Source: Methanotrichaceae archaeon (GTDB lineage Archaea; Halobacteriota; Methanosarcinia; Methanotrichales; Methanotrichaceae). Taken from it: a stretch of DNA of 64,000 nucleotides. Positions 30,413-41,915 of the stretch are shown here, piece after piece. The stretch spans positions 64,001 through 128,000 of the forward strand of contig CAWDLW010000018.1 in NCBI GenBank assembly GCA_963803145.1, given 5' to 3'. The notes under the pieces are model-generated. The model ran no database searches. It had not been told where the DNA came from and was given only the letters and a program-made list of their open reading frames with translations. The position numbers were made by a program, and so were the translations under genes. How positions within the stretch are numbered: position 1 is the first letter of the stretch; each line of letters opens with the position of its first letter.

Positions 30413-31363
30413 ATGGAATACCTCTTTGGCCCTGTGCTCTCTCGCAGGCTCGGCCTATCGATGGGCGTTGATCTTCTGCCCTTTAAGACATGCAATCTGG
30501 ACTGCATTTACTGCGAGTTGGGCAGGACGACATGCCTCGCCAATTGCAGAGATAGGTTTGTCCAGCCCGATAAGATAATAAGAGAGATTCGGGCAAAGAA
30601 AAATGAAGGCTTCGATCATCTCACATTTGCAGGGTCCGGCGAACCTACGCTTAGTTCAGACCTTGGGGACCTTATTCGCATTTCCAAAGAGATAGTAGAT
30701 ACACCCATAGCAGTTATCACAAATAGCACACTTTTTACAAGCGAAAGGGTAAGAAAGGAAGTCGCCTCTGCGGATGTTGTTCTGCCTTCTCTGGATGCCG
30801 CTACTCAGAGGACCTTCGAAGCAATAAATAGGCCCGCGCCTGACCTAAGAATCGAAGACATAATCGAAGGTCTGAGGCTGTTTCGAAAGGAGTTCAGCGG
30901 CGAGATATGGCTCGAGGTAATGCTTGTTAAGGATGTGAATGACCACGAGGCAGAGATGATTGCAAAGGCTGCGAACTCGATAAATCCCGACAGAATTCAG
31001 CTCAACACCGTCATCCGCCCTCCAGCTGAGCCTGTATCGCCTTTGAGCAAAAAAGATATGCAAAGTATGCTCGAGATCTTTGAAGGCGCAGAGCTTATTC
31101 CAGATTGGGATTGGCGTATTCCAGCAAAAGCAAAGTCCAAGCTTCTTGAGCTCCTGTCTTCAGAACCGCACACCCTTGTGGAGATATGCGAGCTGCCCGG
31201 CGCGGATAAAAACGATGTCATAAAATATCTCAAGATATTGGAGAAGGAAAACAGAATTGTAAGACGATGGCATAACGGCAAGCAATACTTCCAAGCAGAA
31301 GATGGTTCGAATGACTCAGAGCAAATGCGAGAATTGTTCTCAGAAAAGTTCGTGCAAAGATAA
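30413..31363 (+). CDS. Radical SAM protein
   Basis: FGPV.SRRLG.S.GVD, CNLDCIYC and GSGEPTL motifs. Confidence 0.9.
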   Translation: MEYLFGPVLSRRLGLSMGVDLLPFKTCNLDCIYCELGRTTCLANCRDRFVQPDKIIREIRAKKNEGFDHLTFAGSGEPTLSSDLGDLIRISKEIVDTPIAVITNSTLFTSERVRKEVASADVVLPSLDAATQRTFEAINRPAPDLRIEDIIEGLRLFRKEFSGEIWLEVMLVKDVNDHEAEMIAKAANSINPDRIQLNTVIRPPAEPVSPLSKKDMQSMLEIFEGAELIPDWDWRIPAKAKSKLLELLSSEPHTLVEICELPGADKNDVIKYLKILEKENRIVRRWHNGKQYFQAEDGSNDSEQMRELFSEKFVQR

Positions 31364-32213
31364 AGATAATGATAGGATGAAGAGCGACGGATGTGCAATT
31401 GAGCGCATGGTCAGAGTAAAGCACAAAATACTCATAGCGAGCGGCAAGGGCGGAGTGGGAAAGAGCACAGTATCGGTGAACCTCGCACGGGCCTTGAAAA
31501 TCAGGGGATACAGCGTTGGCCTATTAGATGCCGATATTACGGGCCCGAATATACCCAAGCTCTTTGGAATCGAGGATCAGAGGATGACCCCTGGGCCTGA
31601 TGGCCTTGAGCCGGGCGATGCAGACGGCATAAAGGTTACATCTATGGCACTACTCCTTTCCAGCCGCGACTCTGCAGTAGTATGGCGCGGCCCAAAGAAG
31701 ATGGCAGCTATAAAGCAGTTCATCCAGGGAGTAAACTGGGGAGATCTGGACTTCCTTCTCGTCGATCTGCCGCCCGGCACCAGCGATGAGCCGCTGAGCG
31801 TTATTCAGCTGATCCCAGATATCACCGGCGCTATAGTTGTAACTACTCCACAGGAGGTCTCACTGCTCGACTCTCTCAAGGCAGTGAACATGATCATGAC
31901 GATGGGTGTCCCTGTTCTGGGGATTGTGGAGAATATGAGCGGCCTGTGCTGCCCCCACTGCGGTGAGACTATCTACATCTTCAGCACCGGCGGAGGTAGG
32001 AAGGCAGCCGATGAGTTGGGTGTTCCATTCCTCGGCGCAATACCTATCGATCCAGATGTGAGCACTCTTGGAGACCGCGGGCTTACATTTGTCGAGATGG
32101 AAAGCAAAGCGGGTCTGTGCTTCCGCGAGATCGTAAATAAGATTCTAGAGATGATCGATGACTTAGGCGATTGTAGTAATGATGAGGGCTGTATCGCACA
32201 GATCCGGCTCTGA
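31311..32213 (+). CDS. Mrp/NBP35 Fe-S cluster carrier ATPase
   Basis: SGKGGVGKS, DADITGP, DLPPGTSD and ENMS..CPHC motifs. Confidence 0.93.
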   Translation: MTQSKCENCSQKSSCKDKDNDRMKSDGCAIERMVRVKHKILIASGKGGVGKSTVSVNLARALKIRGYSVGLLDADITGPNIPKLFGIEDQRMTPGPDGLEPGDADGIKVTSMALLLSSRDSAVVWRGPKKMAAIKQFIQGVNWGDLDFLLVDLPPGTSDEPLSVIQLIPDITGAIVVTTPQEVSLLDSLKAVNMIMTMGVPVLGIVENMSGLCCPHCGETIYIFSTGGGRKAADELGVPFLGAIPIDPDVSTLGDRGLTFVEMESKAGLCFREIVNKILEMIDDLGDCSNDEGCIAQIRL

Positions 32214-32376
32214 TGCCATTTTTGATTCTAAGTTAGCTCAATCCAGGATTGATTGTTGAGTAATATAATTTTATAAAGCCGCTTTATGTAGATAGAGAAA
32301 ATTGAGATAGAAAACAAAACAGTAAGCTTTGGCTACAGGAGATCTTAAAATATAGCCTAAGGTGATCAGGCCGTGG

Positions 32377-32550
32377 CTAAGGCCACAGCCTGAAGGCTAT
32401 GTTCAGCGCCATTATAACTACGCCTGCTCCGGCACCTACAGCAACCACTAATTTGGGGTCCAGCTTTATTGCAGTATCATCGGCCTCGAAGTACCTCATC
32501 AGTCCTGCGGAGGACATAAGGCCGCTGCCCTCATCCTTTTTCTTTGCCAT
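32377..32550 (-). CDS. secG: Preprotein translocase subunit Sec61beta (not in the ORF track)
   Basis: Translation MAKKKDEGSGLMSSAGLMRYFEADDTAIKLDPKLVV..., 57 aa with a C-terminal TM segment. Confidence 0.92.
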   Translation of the reverse strand: MAKKKDEGSGLMSSAGLMRYFEADDTAIKLDPKLVVAVGAGAGVVIMALNIAFRLWP

Positions 32551-32580
32551 GACATTCTCCTTTTTAATCTGCTTCCTTAC

Positions 32581-34683
32581 TTAGATCTTCACAGACTTAT
32601 AATTTATGATCAAACTCGCATTAGAACCGGGAGTAGAACTTGCCGATTTATTAGCCATAAACCAGCCGTTCATATCCTGGAATGGGTAATTATCCTTCTT
32701 CGCTCCACGCAGCAGTTTCTCCCAGCCTGTGCTCGGATTACCAATAGCCGTATGATCGCTCCAGTAGTTTCCTCCTGTTACATTGCCCAGATCCCACCGA
32801 TTATCTCCTTCCTTATCCTCTGCCTGCTCTTTGTTTCCAATGAAGTTATTGTGGTAAATCTCATTCCCCTTGCACTGTATAAGCTGTGCTCCCATGGCGT
32901 TCTTCGAGATATTGTTCTCGAAGATCTTATTATCATTAGATAAATTGAGCCAGATTCCATTCTTTAAATTGCTGATGAAATCGTTGTTGTAAATCGAATT
33001 GCCATCAGAGTATATCGCTTGCATTCCTTGGGGATTATTGGAAACGTTGTTCCTGGAAATTTCATTATCCTTGGATAAATTGAGCCAGATTCCAGTATCA
33101 TAGTTATTGTTTAGAGTGTTATCGCGAAGGATGTTGTTCGCTGAATTTAGGAGAGATATGCCCATCTGATTATTTTTGGAAGCCTCATTCCCGCTTAGGG
33201 TGTTTGAATCGGAGCTGACAAGGAAGATCCCGCTGAAACTGCTCAAGGATACTCTGTTCCGGTCTATGAGATTGGCCTTGGAATTTAGCAGAAACATGCC
33301 GCCATAGCACTTTAATACATTATTATCCAAGATTTTATTGCTATCAGATCCGAAGAGAGCAAGAGCATCGTTGGATATGTTGTTATCCTCCACAGTGAAA
33401 CCCTTACAGTAGGCCAATGTCAGATGTGCCAGATCCCTGTGCTGAATAAGCCCGCCAGATTGGCCGTAGATGTAAGCTATAGGCTTTCCGTCTATCTCAT
33501 TGGACTCATCGATAGAGTTATTGTAGTTTTCAGAGGACTCGCCATCAACATACAATCCATGCCTGATATCCTTAAGCTCATTGTCCTGAAGCTTATTTGC
33601 TGATGAATAAGCTATCAGAATGCCTCTTTCGCCTTTCGAAATTTGATTTCCGGCAAATACATTGTCATCCGAGTAACCTATGTTCATGGCAGTATCCTTT
33701 ACATCCGAGATCGAGTTCCTATCAATGGTATTATTTGAGCTTGAGTCGAGGCTGAAGGCAGTACTACTGTTGCTTACCCGGCATCCAATGACAGCATTAT
33801 CCTTTGAGCTTTCGAGAGTTATTCCAGACACTACATCTTTGATGCTGTTGTTAGTTAGTTCCATGCCGGTTGTGTTCATAAGGTAAATACCCCAGTTGCT
33901 ACGTGCTGCTTTGTTATCCGCCAGCTTGCCAGTACTGCTATTGGTTACCCAAATGCCAAATGTCTTGCTGCTTATATCATTCCCAACAACCTCTGTGCTG
34001 GTTGAATTAGTAAACCAGATACCTAAAGTGGCTCCGGTTAAAAAATTACTTAAAACACTGTTGTTATCCACTTTATCCAGGTAAATGGACACAACGCCGC
34101 CATCTATCTCATTCTTTGTTATTGTATTCTCCCGGGAGCTATCTTTAAGCGCCACTCCTCCGCGGCAATCTATCATAACATTATTGCTTATCTGATTTTG
34201 ATTAGAGTTTTCGAAAAGGAGCGCCGGGTCATCATTCTCGAATTTACAGTTCTTGATGGTATTACCACTCGATAAAACATTTATCCCAGATTTATTAAAG
34301 TTCTTTATAGTCAGCCCTTCTATAGAGCAGCCGTCAGAGGTGATCTTCACTCCGATATCTTTGCCATCGCCCTTTAAAACGATATCTCCTTTCTCGCCTA
34401 CAAGCGGCATGAGACTGAGGCTCTTGTTTAGAGTGAACGATTCGCTATACATACCTGGTTTGACATATATCGTATCGCCGTTGCTTGCGGCCACTACAGC
34501 CTGGCCGATTGTTTTGTAATCCGCAAAGCCGTTATCATCCACCATGTACGTTCTAGATTCTGCTGGCAAGAGACAGATAATTAGGGCTATGCAGATGAGC
34601 ATAGATAATCTGAGCATGTCTGCTACTGTAGCAGACGTCCTTTTAAAGTTGATGCAAGACATACGGCATTCAACCAGTAGCAC
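32581..34683 (-). CDS. Secreted NosD/pectin-lyase-like parallel beta-helix surface protein
   Basis: Signal peptide, GDTIYVKPG.Y, many GI.L..S.NN.I..N repeats and GGNYWSD. Exact start uncertain. Confidence 0.88.
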   Translation of the reverse strand: MLLVECRMSCINFKRTSATVADMLRLSMLICIALIICLLPAESRTYMVDDNGFADYKTIGQAVVAASNGDTIYVKPGMYSESFTLNKSLSLMPLVGEKGDIVLKGDGKDIGVKITSDGCSIEGLTIKNFNKSGINVLSSGNTIKNCKFENDDPALLFENSNQNQISNNVMIDCRGGVALKDSSRENTITKNEIDGGVVSIYLDKVDNNSVLSNFLTGATLGIWFTNSTSTEVVGNDISSKTFGIWVTNSSTGKLADNKAARSNWGIYLMNTTGMELTNNSIKDVVSGITLESSKDNAVIGCRVSNSSTAFSLDSSSNNTIDRNSISDVKDTAMNIGYSDDNVFAGNQISKGERGILIAYSSANKLQDNELKDIRHGLYVDGESSENYNNSIDESNEIDGKPIAYIYGQSGGLIQHRDLAHLTLAYCKGFTVEDNNISNDALALFGSDSNKILDNNVLKCYGGMFLLNSKANLIDRNRVSLSSFSGIFLVSSDSNTLSGNEASKNNQMGISLLNSANNILRDNTLNNNYDTGIWLNLSKDNEISRNNVSNNPQGMQAIYSDGNSIYNNDFISNLKNGIWLNLSNDNKIFENNISKNAMGAQLIQCKGNEIYHNNFIGNKEQAEDKEGDNRWDLGNVTGGNYWSDHTAIGNPSTGWEKLLRGAKKDNYPFQDMNGWFMANKSASSTPGSNASLIINYKSVKI

Positions 34684-35169
34684 AACCTATCGTACAGCGA
34701 TCATAGCCAATCACACGACCCCTTTATTTCCAGTGGAAAAATAAACTTAAAATTTTGACTAATATGAGAAATATCTCAGACTCTTGAGCTGCAACATGTT
34801 CGATATCTTTTATAATATTATTTTATAAGTTATAATTGTAAATCGATTGCCCTGAACGCAGAGCACTTATAGAACCGAATTAGATTAATGAAAAATAATA
34901 ACACGAACTCGTTACTCTATTTAGCATAGTATAGATGCCACAGAACACTCTAGGGCCGTGTACTAATTGTGATAAAAAATAGACTATCGATGCACATAGC
35001 CAGTATTAACCAAGACTATCACCGACATCAACAGATATTATCAACACATATAGCCAATATTATCAGCCGGATAACTAATATTCATCTCACATCAGTGCCC
35101 CCCCAGCAAAGCTTTGCCGTGCAAAACCTTATTTACTCACTGGATCAACCATATTCAATGGGTGATCGC

Positions 35170-35361
35170 ATGGCAGGTATAACGCCTCATAAGCATTGCA
35201 TCGTATGCGGCAATGCCATTGGTGAAGGAAGTTTCTGCGATGAGCTCTGCGAATCCAAATACAAATCGACCCAGAGACGTCAACAGATCATGTTTGGAGC
35301 CTTCGTAGTATTCATGCTGGCAATACTCGTCCTACCTGCACTATTAGGCTTCAAAGGATGA
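35170..35361 (+). CDS. DUF2116 Zn-ribbon membrane protein
   Basis: PHKHCIVCG..I...FCDE.C followed by a C-terminal TM segment. GGTGA RBS. Confidence 0.85.
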   Translation: MAGITPHKHCIVCGNAIGEGSFCDELCESKYKSTQRRQQIMFGAFVVFMLAILVLPALLGFKG

Positions 35362-35852
35362 AGGTTGACAATAATATGTACATGAAGTCTCTTCTGGCAG
35401 CAACAGCGTTTATTGCTATAATAGCACTTACTATCTCCCCTGCGATGTGTGAAAACTACTTCTATGTAAAAGATATTAACATGCGTTTGGATGAAGGTAA
35501 TGCCATTTTTGAGATAAACTATACTTTAGAGACGTTCACTAAGTTTTATGTAATTGCACTGGGCTGTAAATACATTGAGCCTGACCTCATCTCAGTATTA
35601 GGCAATTTCCATAACGTGACAACCATCAGCGCCAACCCAGATAGCGCGAGCTTGATGGCAAGCGGAGCGGGCGAATACAACAGCGGTTACTATTTGTTTG
35701 AATCAAGGCCGCTCGGCATTAAGGTAGATAAGCTTACTGTCGTCTATCCTGAAGGGCGGCCAAAGACGTTCTATAACATGACATCTACGCCAAACGTATT
35801 CTGTATTGCCAAGACGCCGCCCAATCAGTCCAGCAATCAGTCTAGCTCCTGA
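35358..35852 (+). CDS. Secreted hypothetical protein
   Basis: Signal peptide. ATGA overlap with the upstream gene. Confidence 0.75.
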   Translation: MKVDNNMYMKSLLAATAFIAIIALTISPAMCENYFYVKDINMRLDEGNAIFEINYTLETFTKFYVIALGCKYIEPDLISVLGNFHNVTTISANPDSASLMASGAGEYNSGYYLFESRPLGIKVDKLTVVYPEGRPKTFYNMTSTPNVFCIAKTPPNQSSNQSSS

Positions 35853-35874
35853 AATCAAATCATTTATATATCTA

Positions 35875-36588
35875 TCATTTAGCCCGTGTCATATTTTCAA
35901 GTTCGGATATCCTTCTTTCCAGGGTATCCACTTTCTCAGATAGAATCGAGACCTCTTGCTGTAGAGAGCTAACATCGCTCATGCCAGTCGGCGCATTATT
36001 GTATATGCCGGCACCGACAACCGCTACTGCCATATTCATCCTTGTAGCAATCTCGACCTTTTTTTGCGAGATCTTGGTCCAATTATATACCGTCCTAGTA
36101 TCGCCATATACTGCCCTGGTATTATTGAGGTAATCCCCGGCCATCAGGGCACTTCTCAGAGATGAGTTTGCGCTAAGGCTCGCATCTTCCTTTAGAACCT
36201 CAACCCTGGCTTTATCATTCTCGACCTGATCTGCAAATGCAGATGTCTTGTCCAGGAGAACTGCAGTCTCGTTGTAGATGTCACTGGACTGATCCCTCAG
36301 TGATTGCGACTGGTCTCTGAGCCTTTGGGACTGCGTTACCATGGCTCCAGGGTCCAGCTCCATGGGCTGAGGAACAAGAGGAGAAGCAAACCCTTTCATT
36401 CCAAAAGTTGGAGTTACAGAAGATTGCCTTGATCCCATGTCCAGGTTGATTGCTTTATCTACCCTCCCCTGGCCAAGCGCAATAGGCTCTAGCCCAGCCG
36501 AGGTTGAGATTATCACTGAAGTGACTAGTAACAGCATAATAATACTATTAATGGTTGAACCTCCTCGAGATCTGATTTGACCTTTCAC
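35875..36588 (-). CDS. Secreted coiled-coil hypothetical protein
   Basis: Signal-like N-terminus and heptad-rich body. Confidence 0.7.
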   Translation of the reverse strand: MKGQIRSRGGSTINSIIMLLLVTSVIISTSAGLEPIALGQGRVDKAINLDMGSRQSSVTPTFGMKGFASPLVPQPMELDPGAMVTQSQRLRDQSQSLRDQSSDIYNETAVLLDKTSAFADQVENDKARVEVLKEDASLSANSSLRSALMAGDYLNNTRAVYGDTRTVYNWTKISQKKVEIATRMNMAVAVVGAGIYNNAPTGMSDVSSLQQEVSILSEKVDTLERRISELENMTRAK

Positions 36589-36935
36589 GCATATAAAATT
36601 TTCTGAAAAAATAATAGGTATTTCTTTAGGTTCTTATAGATTATTTTTATTATGATATATATGACGGCATATTGCCTCAGGAGTATTAGCATAAGCGATG
36701 GATTATGAGGTTTCTGTATACTGCTTGGGCCGTGGTGCTCCAGCATTTGTACGGCTTCATCGGAACTGAATCCTTTCATCCCTAAGCTGTGACGCTTCAA
36801 TGCCTCATAGCGATTTAAGAAGTCTAAATAAATGAAGAGATTTAATTCATTAGATGAAAGACTTATATCTAAGTTGATAAGTATGTTGTTGTAATGTGTG
36901 AAAGCTTGCATCCAAGACCTAACTTAGTTAATCCT

Positions 36936-37040
36936 ATGGAAGATCGTAATTGTTCTGATGAGGACCTAACGGCAGATCAGATTATAGAAGGTCTTACCAA
37001 GTTAACTGCAGAGTGTTTGGCAGATAAACCCGATTATTAG
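36936..37040 (+). CDS. 34-aa acidic ORF, candidate antitoxin or antitoxin remnant
   Basis: Translation MEDRNCSDEDLTADQIIEGLTKLTAECLADKPDY, ending 11 nt before the toxin gene. Confidence 0.35.
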   Translation: MEDRNCSDEDLTADQIIEGLTKLTAECLADKPDY

Positions 37041-37051
37041 ATAGTGATCAT

Positions 37052-37405
37052 ATGTGTATGTGGGAGGATCTGAAGAAAGGAGACATAGTAAATATACCTC
37101 TTTCTCATTCAGATCTCGTCGAAGGGAAACGCAGACCTGCTTTAGTTCTATATCATGATTTGAATGATAGACAACTTACGGTTGCATATATTACCTCTCA
37201 AACAGATAATATGCAACCTACTGACATACTAATCCCAATTGGTTCACCTATGTGTGATGCAGCCGGATTGCCTAAGACATCAGTGGTAAAAGTGCATTGG
37301 CTGGCGATTGCCAAAAGGATACATGTTAACTTCAAGTACGGGGAGGCAAACGATGAACTCCGTAGACGAGTAAATAAGAATCTGCCCGAATGCCTAGCGA
37401 TATAA
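37052..37405 (+). CDS. PemK/MazF-family toxin
   Basis: KGDIV.IP...SD...GKRRPALVL, VAYITS and GL.KTS.V motifs. Confidence 0.88.
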   Translation: MCMWEDLKKGDIVNIPLSHSDLVEGKRRPALVLYHDLNDRQLTVAYITSQTDNMQPTDILIPIGSPMCDAAGLPKTSVVKVHWLAIAKRIHVNFKYGEANDELRRRVNKNLPECLAI

Positions 37406-37437
37406 TTCTGGCATCGATATAAAACTTTTATTAGCGT

Positions 37438-37632
37438 TTGTGTATAATACGCTGCCAAAGGGTCAAGGTAGATGATACGCTTATCTTGCCAATGAATCAG
37501 ATTTATTATAACTTCATTAGAGGGCATCAAGCTCTTAATGGGAAGACACCGGCAGAAATGGCAGGGATCGGGGTGGAAGGGGAGAATAAGTGGATGGGAT
37601 TGCTTGAGAAGAGCATAAGAAAAGGAATTTAA
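37438..37632 (+). pseudogene. C-terminal remnant of a DDE transposase (IS6-like)
   Basis: IYYNFIR.HQAL.GKTPAE.AGI...ENKW motif. No N-terminal part present. Confidence 0.75.
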
Positions 37633-38552
37633 CTCTGATCTTCTTCCCACATTAGTTCATTATATCGTTTTTTAACAAGAACATCTATCTGATTGATTAC
37701 ATCAATCAACCTTCTCTGGTGATCCCAATGTGCAGTTTTTTCCATATCCTCCGGCTTTGTATGCTCTTCTCTGATCTCGCAATATCGACTTAGCAATTTT
37801 CGCAATTCCGGTTGTGCTAAATTGCCATATTGTTTTATTTCGCCTAATGCTAAATGCGCCCCTTTGATTGGATTGTCATGGTTTGAATCTAAAGACAGAT
37901 ATAAGGGCTTGATAAGTTTCTCCAACTCATCGCTTTGGGGTGCTCTATCGATACCCCCTAGAGAACTTTTTAACTGCGCTCCTGGTTTTTCTGATCCATT
38001 AGTCTCATTATATTCTTTTAGCTTCTGAACGGCTTTATCATATCCCATTTTTCTATGTTCGAAGACAACCACACCATAATCAGTTACTGATCCTCTTTTA
38101 CCTGTCTTTTTTTGCATTTCCCATTTTTCAATCTCTGGCGCAAGGTGATATTTTAGACCTTCGCATATTTCTGCCCATTCCGCAATTTCTTTTCTTGATT
38201 TTTCCAATTTGAGTTCAAGTTCCTTTACCTTTGAATCATCTTCATCAACATGGCTCATATTCTCGATTTTAGTAGATTCATTCTCAGTCGCTTTAGTGTA
38301 TTTCCGTAAAACTAAGGAATTCCAAATAGAATAAGTTATAAATAAAATTATTAGTAAGAAACTCATCACATCTCTTGAAATAATGCCTAAAATCGATCCG
38401 ATATAGCTACCGGCGCTAAGCAAGACGGCGAGGAGCATGCTAATCCACCACGACTCCTCTTTTAGTTTGGCCCGTAGCTCCATGATTTGCATGTTTAACG
38501 CTGAAAGATATAAGCCTTCTTTCGGAGAGCAATCTATTAAATTTTCTTCCAA
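37629..38552 (-). CDS. Hypothetical membrane-anchored coiled-coil protein
   Basis: 307-aa ORF with two N-terminal TM segments, low GC. Confidence 0.7.
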   Translation of the reverse strand: MEENLIDCSPKEGLYLSALNMQIMELRAKLKEESWWISMLLAVLLSAGSYIGSILGIISRDVMSFLLIILFITYSIWNSLVLRKYTKATENESTKIENMSHVDEDDSKVKELELKLEKSRKEIAEWAEICEGLKYHLAPEIEKWEMQKKTGKRGSVTDYGVVVFEHRKMGYDKAVQKLKEYNETNGSEKPGAQLKSSLGGIDRAPQSDELEKLIKPLYLSLDSNHDNPIKGAHLALGEIKQYGNLAQPELRKLLSRYCEIREEHTKPEDMEKTAHWDHQRRLIDVINQIDVLVKKRYNELMWEEDQS

Positions 38553-38714
38553 TGTCTCTTATCACCCAGTAACACGTATTTAGGAAGTTATTTGGTGCTA
38601 ACACCATAGTTGCACCACCATAAACAAACACCAGAGAAAACGACAGTACCTATAAGGAAAAATCTTTTATAGACGAGCAAATACTGTGATCCTGAGATAA
38701 GTGGAGGATACCAT

Positions 38715-40400
38715 ATGGCAGGTCAAACGGCAGGATTAGGCGGTATGCCTGTAATCATTTTAAGAGATACCCGCAGAGAGACGGGAAAAGATGCTATTTC
38801 AAACAACATCATTGCTGCCCGAGCGGTCGCAAATGCAGTTCGAAGCACACTCGGCCCCAAGGGCATGGATAAGCTGCTTGTAGACTCTATGGGAGATGTG
38901 ACTGTAACCAATGACGGTGTCACAATCCTGAAGGAGATGGATGTGCAGCATCCTGCTGCCAAGATGATCATCGAAGCCTCCAAAACACAGGACAAAGAGG
39001 TTGGCGATGGAACAACGACCGTCGCCATACTCGCCGGCGAGCTTCTGAAGAAGGCTGAGGACCTGCTCGGCTCTAACGTTCATCCCACAGTCATAGTCGA
39101 GGGCTACAGATTGGCCGCGGAGAAGGCCCTCAAGATCCTCGATAGCATTGCTATAGATGTATCCGTTAATAACAAGGAAATTCTTACTCTGATAGCTGAG
39201 ACGGCGATAACCGGAAAGATGGCAACTCCCCAGGACAGCAAGATCGACAATTTCGCAGTTGACCTCGTCCTCTCGTCAATCGATACATATGACGGCAAGA
39301 AGAAGGTTGACCTGGACAGGGTCAATGTTGAGAAGAAGGTCGGCGAGAGCATAGGAGACTCTGAGCTTATTGAGGGTGTGGTTGTCGATAAGCCGATACT
39401 TCACAGCAATATGCCCAGGAGGATTGAGAATGCCAAGATTGCTCTCCTCAGCACCGCAATCGAATCAAAGGATACTGAGACAAAGACGGAGTACCAGATA
39501 ACCAACTCGGCCCAATTCCAGGCTTTTATGGAGCACGAAAAGGATGCAGTAAAAGCTGTAGCCGATAAAGTCATCGCCAGTGGCGCAAACGTGGTCTTCT
39601 GCCAGAAAGGCATTGATGACATGGCCCAGCATTACCTGGCGAACGCAGGCATCCTGGCCTTACGCCGTGTAATCAAGAGCGATATGGATAAGCTCTCAAG
39701 GGCTACAGGCGGAAACATAATCACCAGCCTTGAGGAGCTGACTCCCAACGACCTCGGAACTGCAGCAGTTGTCGAGGAAAGGAGAGTCGGCACCGGAGTC
39801 ATGACATTTGTCACAGGGACAAAGAACCCTTCATTCACTCTGCTTCTAAGGGCCGGAACTAAGCAGGTTCTTGATGATCTCGAGAGGTCTCTGGATGATG
39901 CCCTCCATGCCGTGGCAGACGTCGTAGAGGACGGAAAGGTGCTGGCAGGCGGCGGCTCTGCTGAAGTAGAGCTCGCACTAAGGCTGAGGGAGTATGCATC
40001 GACCCTCAAAGGGCGCGAGCAACTGGCGGTCATAAAGTTTGCCGAGGCCATGGAGATCATACCCAAGACCCTGGCAGAGAATGCTGGATTCAATCCTATC
40101 GATAAGCTTGTGGAGCTGAAGAACAGGCACGAGACGGATAAAAATGCCGGCCTAAATGCATATACAGGCCAGATCGCTGACATGTACAAGCTCGGAGTAG
40201 TCGAGCCATTAAGGGTCAAGATACAGGCAATCCGGTCTGCAACCGATGCTGCAAGCCTGATACTGAGGATCGATGACGTCCTTGCCTCCACAAAGAAGAA
40301 GGAAGAGGGTGCCCCTGGCGGAATGCCACCCGGGATGGGAGGCATGCCGGGAATGGGCATGGGCGGAATGGGCGGAATGGGAATGCCCGGGATGATGTAA
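38715..40400 (+). CDS. Thermosome subunit (group II chaperonin)
   Basis: [15 protein letters not shown] and GDGTTT motifs. GGM-repeat tail. Confidence 0.97.
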   Translation: MAGQTAGLGGMPVIILRDTRRETGKDAISNNIIAARAVANAVRSTLGPKGMDKLLVDSMGDVTVTNDGVTILKEMDVQHPAAKMIIEASKTQDKEVGDGTTTVAILAGELLKKAEDLLGSNVHPTVIVEGYRLAAEKALKILDSIAIDVSVNNKEILTLIAETAITGKMATPQDSKIDNFAVDLVLSSIDTYDGKKKVDLDRVNVEKKVGESIGDSELIEGVVVDKPILHSNMPRRIENAKIALLSTAIESKDTETKTEYQITNSAQFQAFMEHEKDAVKAVADKVIASGANVVFCQKGIDDMAQHYLANAGILALRRVIKSDMDKLSRATGGNIITSLEELTPNDLGTAAVVEERRVGTGVMTFVTGTKNPSFTLLLRAGTKQVLDDLERSLDDALHAVADVVEDGKVLAGGGSAEVELALRLREYASTLKGREQLAVIKFAEAMEIIPKTLAENAGFNPIDKLVELKNRHETDKNAGLNAYTGQIADMYKLGVVEPLRVKIQAIRSATDAASLILRIDDVLASTKKKEEGAPGGMPPGMGGMPGMGMGGMGGMGMPGMM

Positions 40401-40576
40401 CTTCAATCTCAATACCACTGTATTAAACTTAGCAAAGTAACGGCGACGCATTCAGCCTAAGACGATAGGTTGTTTTGCGCCGTTTTCAAATCTTATTTTC
40501 TCATCCTCATCATCCTCTATGAGATCGTTATTTTCCAATCAACCCAATGAGGACACTTACTCTATTAGCTTCTCTA

Positions 40577-41692
40577 TTAGCCCTTCAATAGATCATTCCC
40601 TTGGCCCAGGCCTATAGTACCATATCCTATATGCCAGTGACGTTTATTATCCGAAGCAGAAATGTAGATCCTGGATCCCACCATGCAAGACCTATATACA
40701 TCTCGCTCTGTCCATCCCTGTTCAGGAGATAGAATTAGAGTAGTCTTTATGGTGGAGTTCAAATCAGGCGCATATCCCAGGTAAAGCTTTGTATGGGCGT
40801 TTTTATCCCCCGGTTGATATGCAGGAACCAAGAACAAATAGCCCTTATTAACTTGTAAAACGCTTACATGCCAAGGAACCATATCCTGCATATCTATATG
40901 TACAATCTCAGGATCTGTCCAGGCGAGCCCCTCCTTTGAAGTGGCGTAGCAAAGCTGTAGTGATGTGAGATTGCAATACCAAGCGATCCAGTTATCTGCA
41001 CTTTTACGTATTATTGCTGGAGATATAGGATAAAAGTTGGTGCAAGTCTCCTCAGCGCCTACAGACATATCCGGGTACACTACCCTGCGGTGACATATGG
41101 TGGCGTGTGCTCTTACCCGCCCCTTTGTGAAACTGTCCCTCATCACATCTATATAGTATACCAGCATATTTTTTCCATCGTATACTAATTCTGTATCGGC
41201 ATTATGTCCATGTGGAGGAGCTGGATCAATAGGGTTTGTTAGCCCCGCAGGCACTACCCAATGAATACCATCATTTGATGCCACAAGAGATGGGTTCTCG
41301 TGGTTAGAATTTCCATCTGGATAAGGCGTGAAGGCCATCCACCACTCATAACCTGCCCATCCTCCATGAATATATCTGACTGAGGGGTGAACACATTGAC
41401 CCTCGTCATCATATGTAGGTATTTCTAATTCCCTAACATCTGAAACACCTACATTCAGCAGAGAGGCATTCGAAATATTATCAATGATAGGGAGAAAATT
41501 GTTCCTGGCGGCTATCGTATCGATAATATTATCGGCTGAAATCTCAGGGAACAAAGAAAAAATATGATTAGATCGGTTCATGTCATCTTGGGATAATGCC
41601 CCAGGCCTAGCAATGATCATTCCTGAGAGAGATTCAGCACAGGATATCGAAACTAGGATAATCCCCAGGATGATGAACGCCAGCAGCTTCAT
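40577..41692 (-). CDS. Secreted beta-propeller, glycoside hydrolase-like protein
   Basis: Signal peptide. HPSV, WWMAFTPYP..ENPS...SNDG..W and HNAD.EL motifs. Confidence 0.65.
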   Translation of the reverse strand: MKLLAFIILGIILVSISCAESLSGMIIARPGALSQDDMNRSNHIFSLFPEISADNIIDTIAARNNFLPIIDNISNASLLNVGVSDVRELEIPTYDDEGQCVHPSVRYIHGGWAGYEWWMAFTPYPDGNSNHENPSLVASNDGIHWVVPAGLTNPIDPAPPHGHNADTELVYDGKNMLVYYIDVMRDSFTKGRVRAHATICHRRVVYPDMSVGAEETCTNFYPISPAIIRKSADNWIAWYCNLTSLQLCYATSKEGLAWTDPEIVHIDMQDMVPWHVSVLQVNKGYLFLVPAYQPGDKNAHTKLYLGYAPDLNSTIKTTLILSPEQGWTERDVYRSCMVGSRIYISASDNKRHWHIGYGTIGLGQGNDLLKG

Positions 41693-41915
41693 ATATCGCT
41701 AAACCACGAGTTCCTAAATAGACGAAGCCCGTATATATAAACTATGGCATAGAAACGCTAGTCCTGGCTGGCAGCGCTATCAGTCTTTGTTGTGCTGTCC
41801 GTATATTTAGACCAATTCGCTGCGATAGCAAACGAGAAACAGCCAATATATACCTTGCCGGTTAGACCCTGAAAAAGGTTATGGGGTCATAATTTCGTGG
41901 ACTGCCTAGACCATC

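Noticed and set aside
39632-40360. Long antisense ORFs (also 26432-27065, 29645-30073 and 60075-60554)
   Set aside because: They are shadows of well-supported genes on the opposite strand and carry no motifs.
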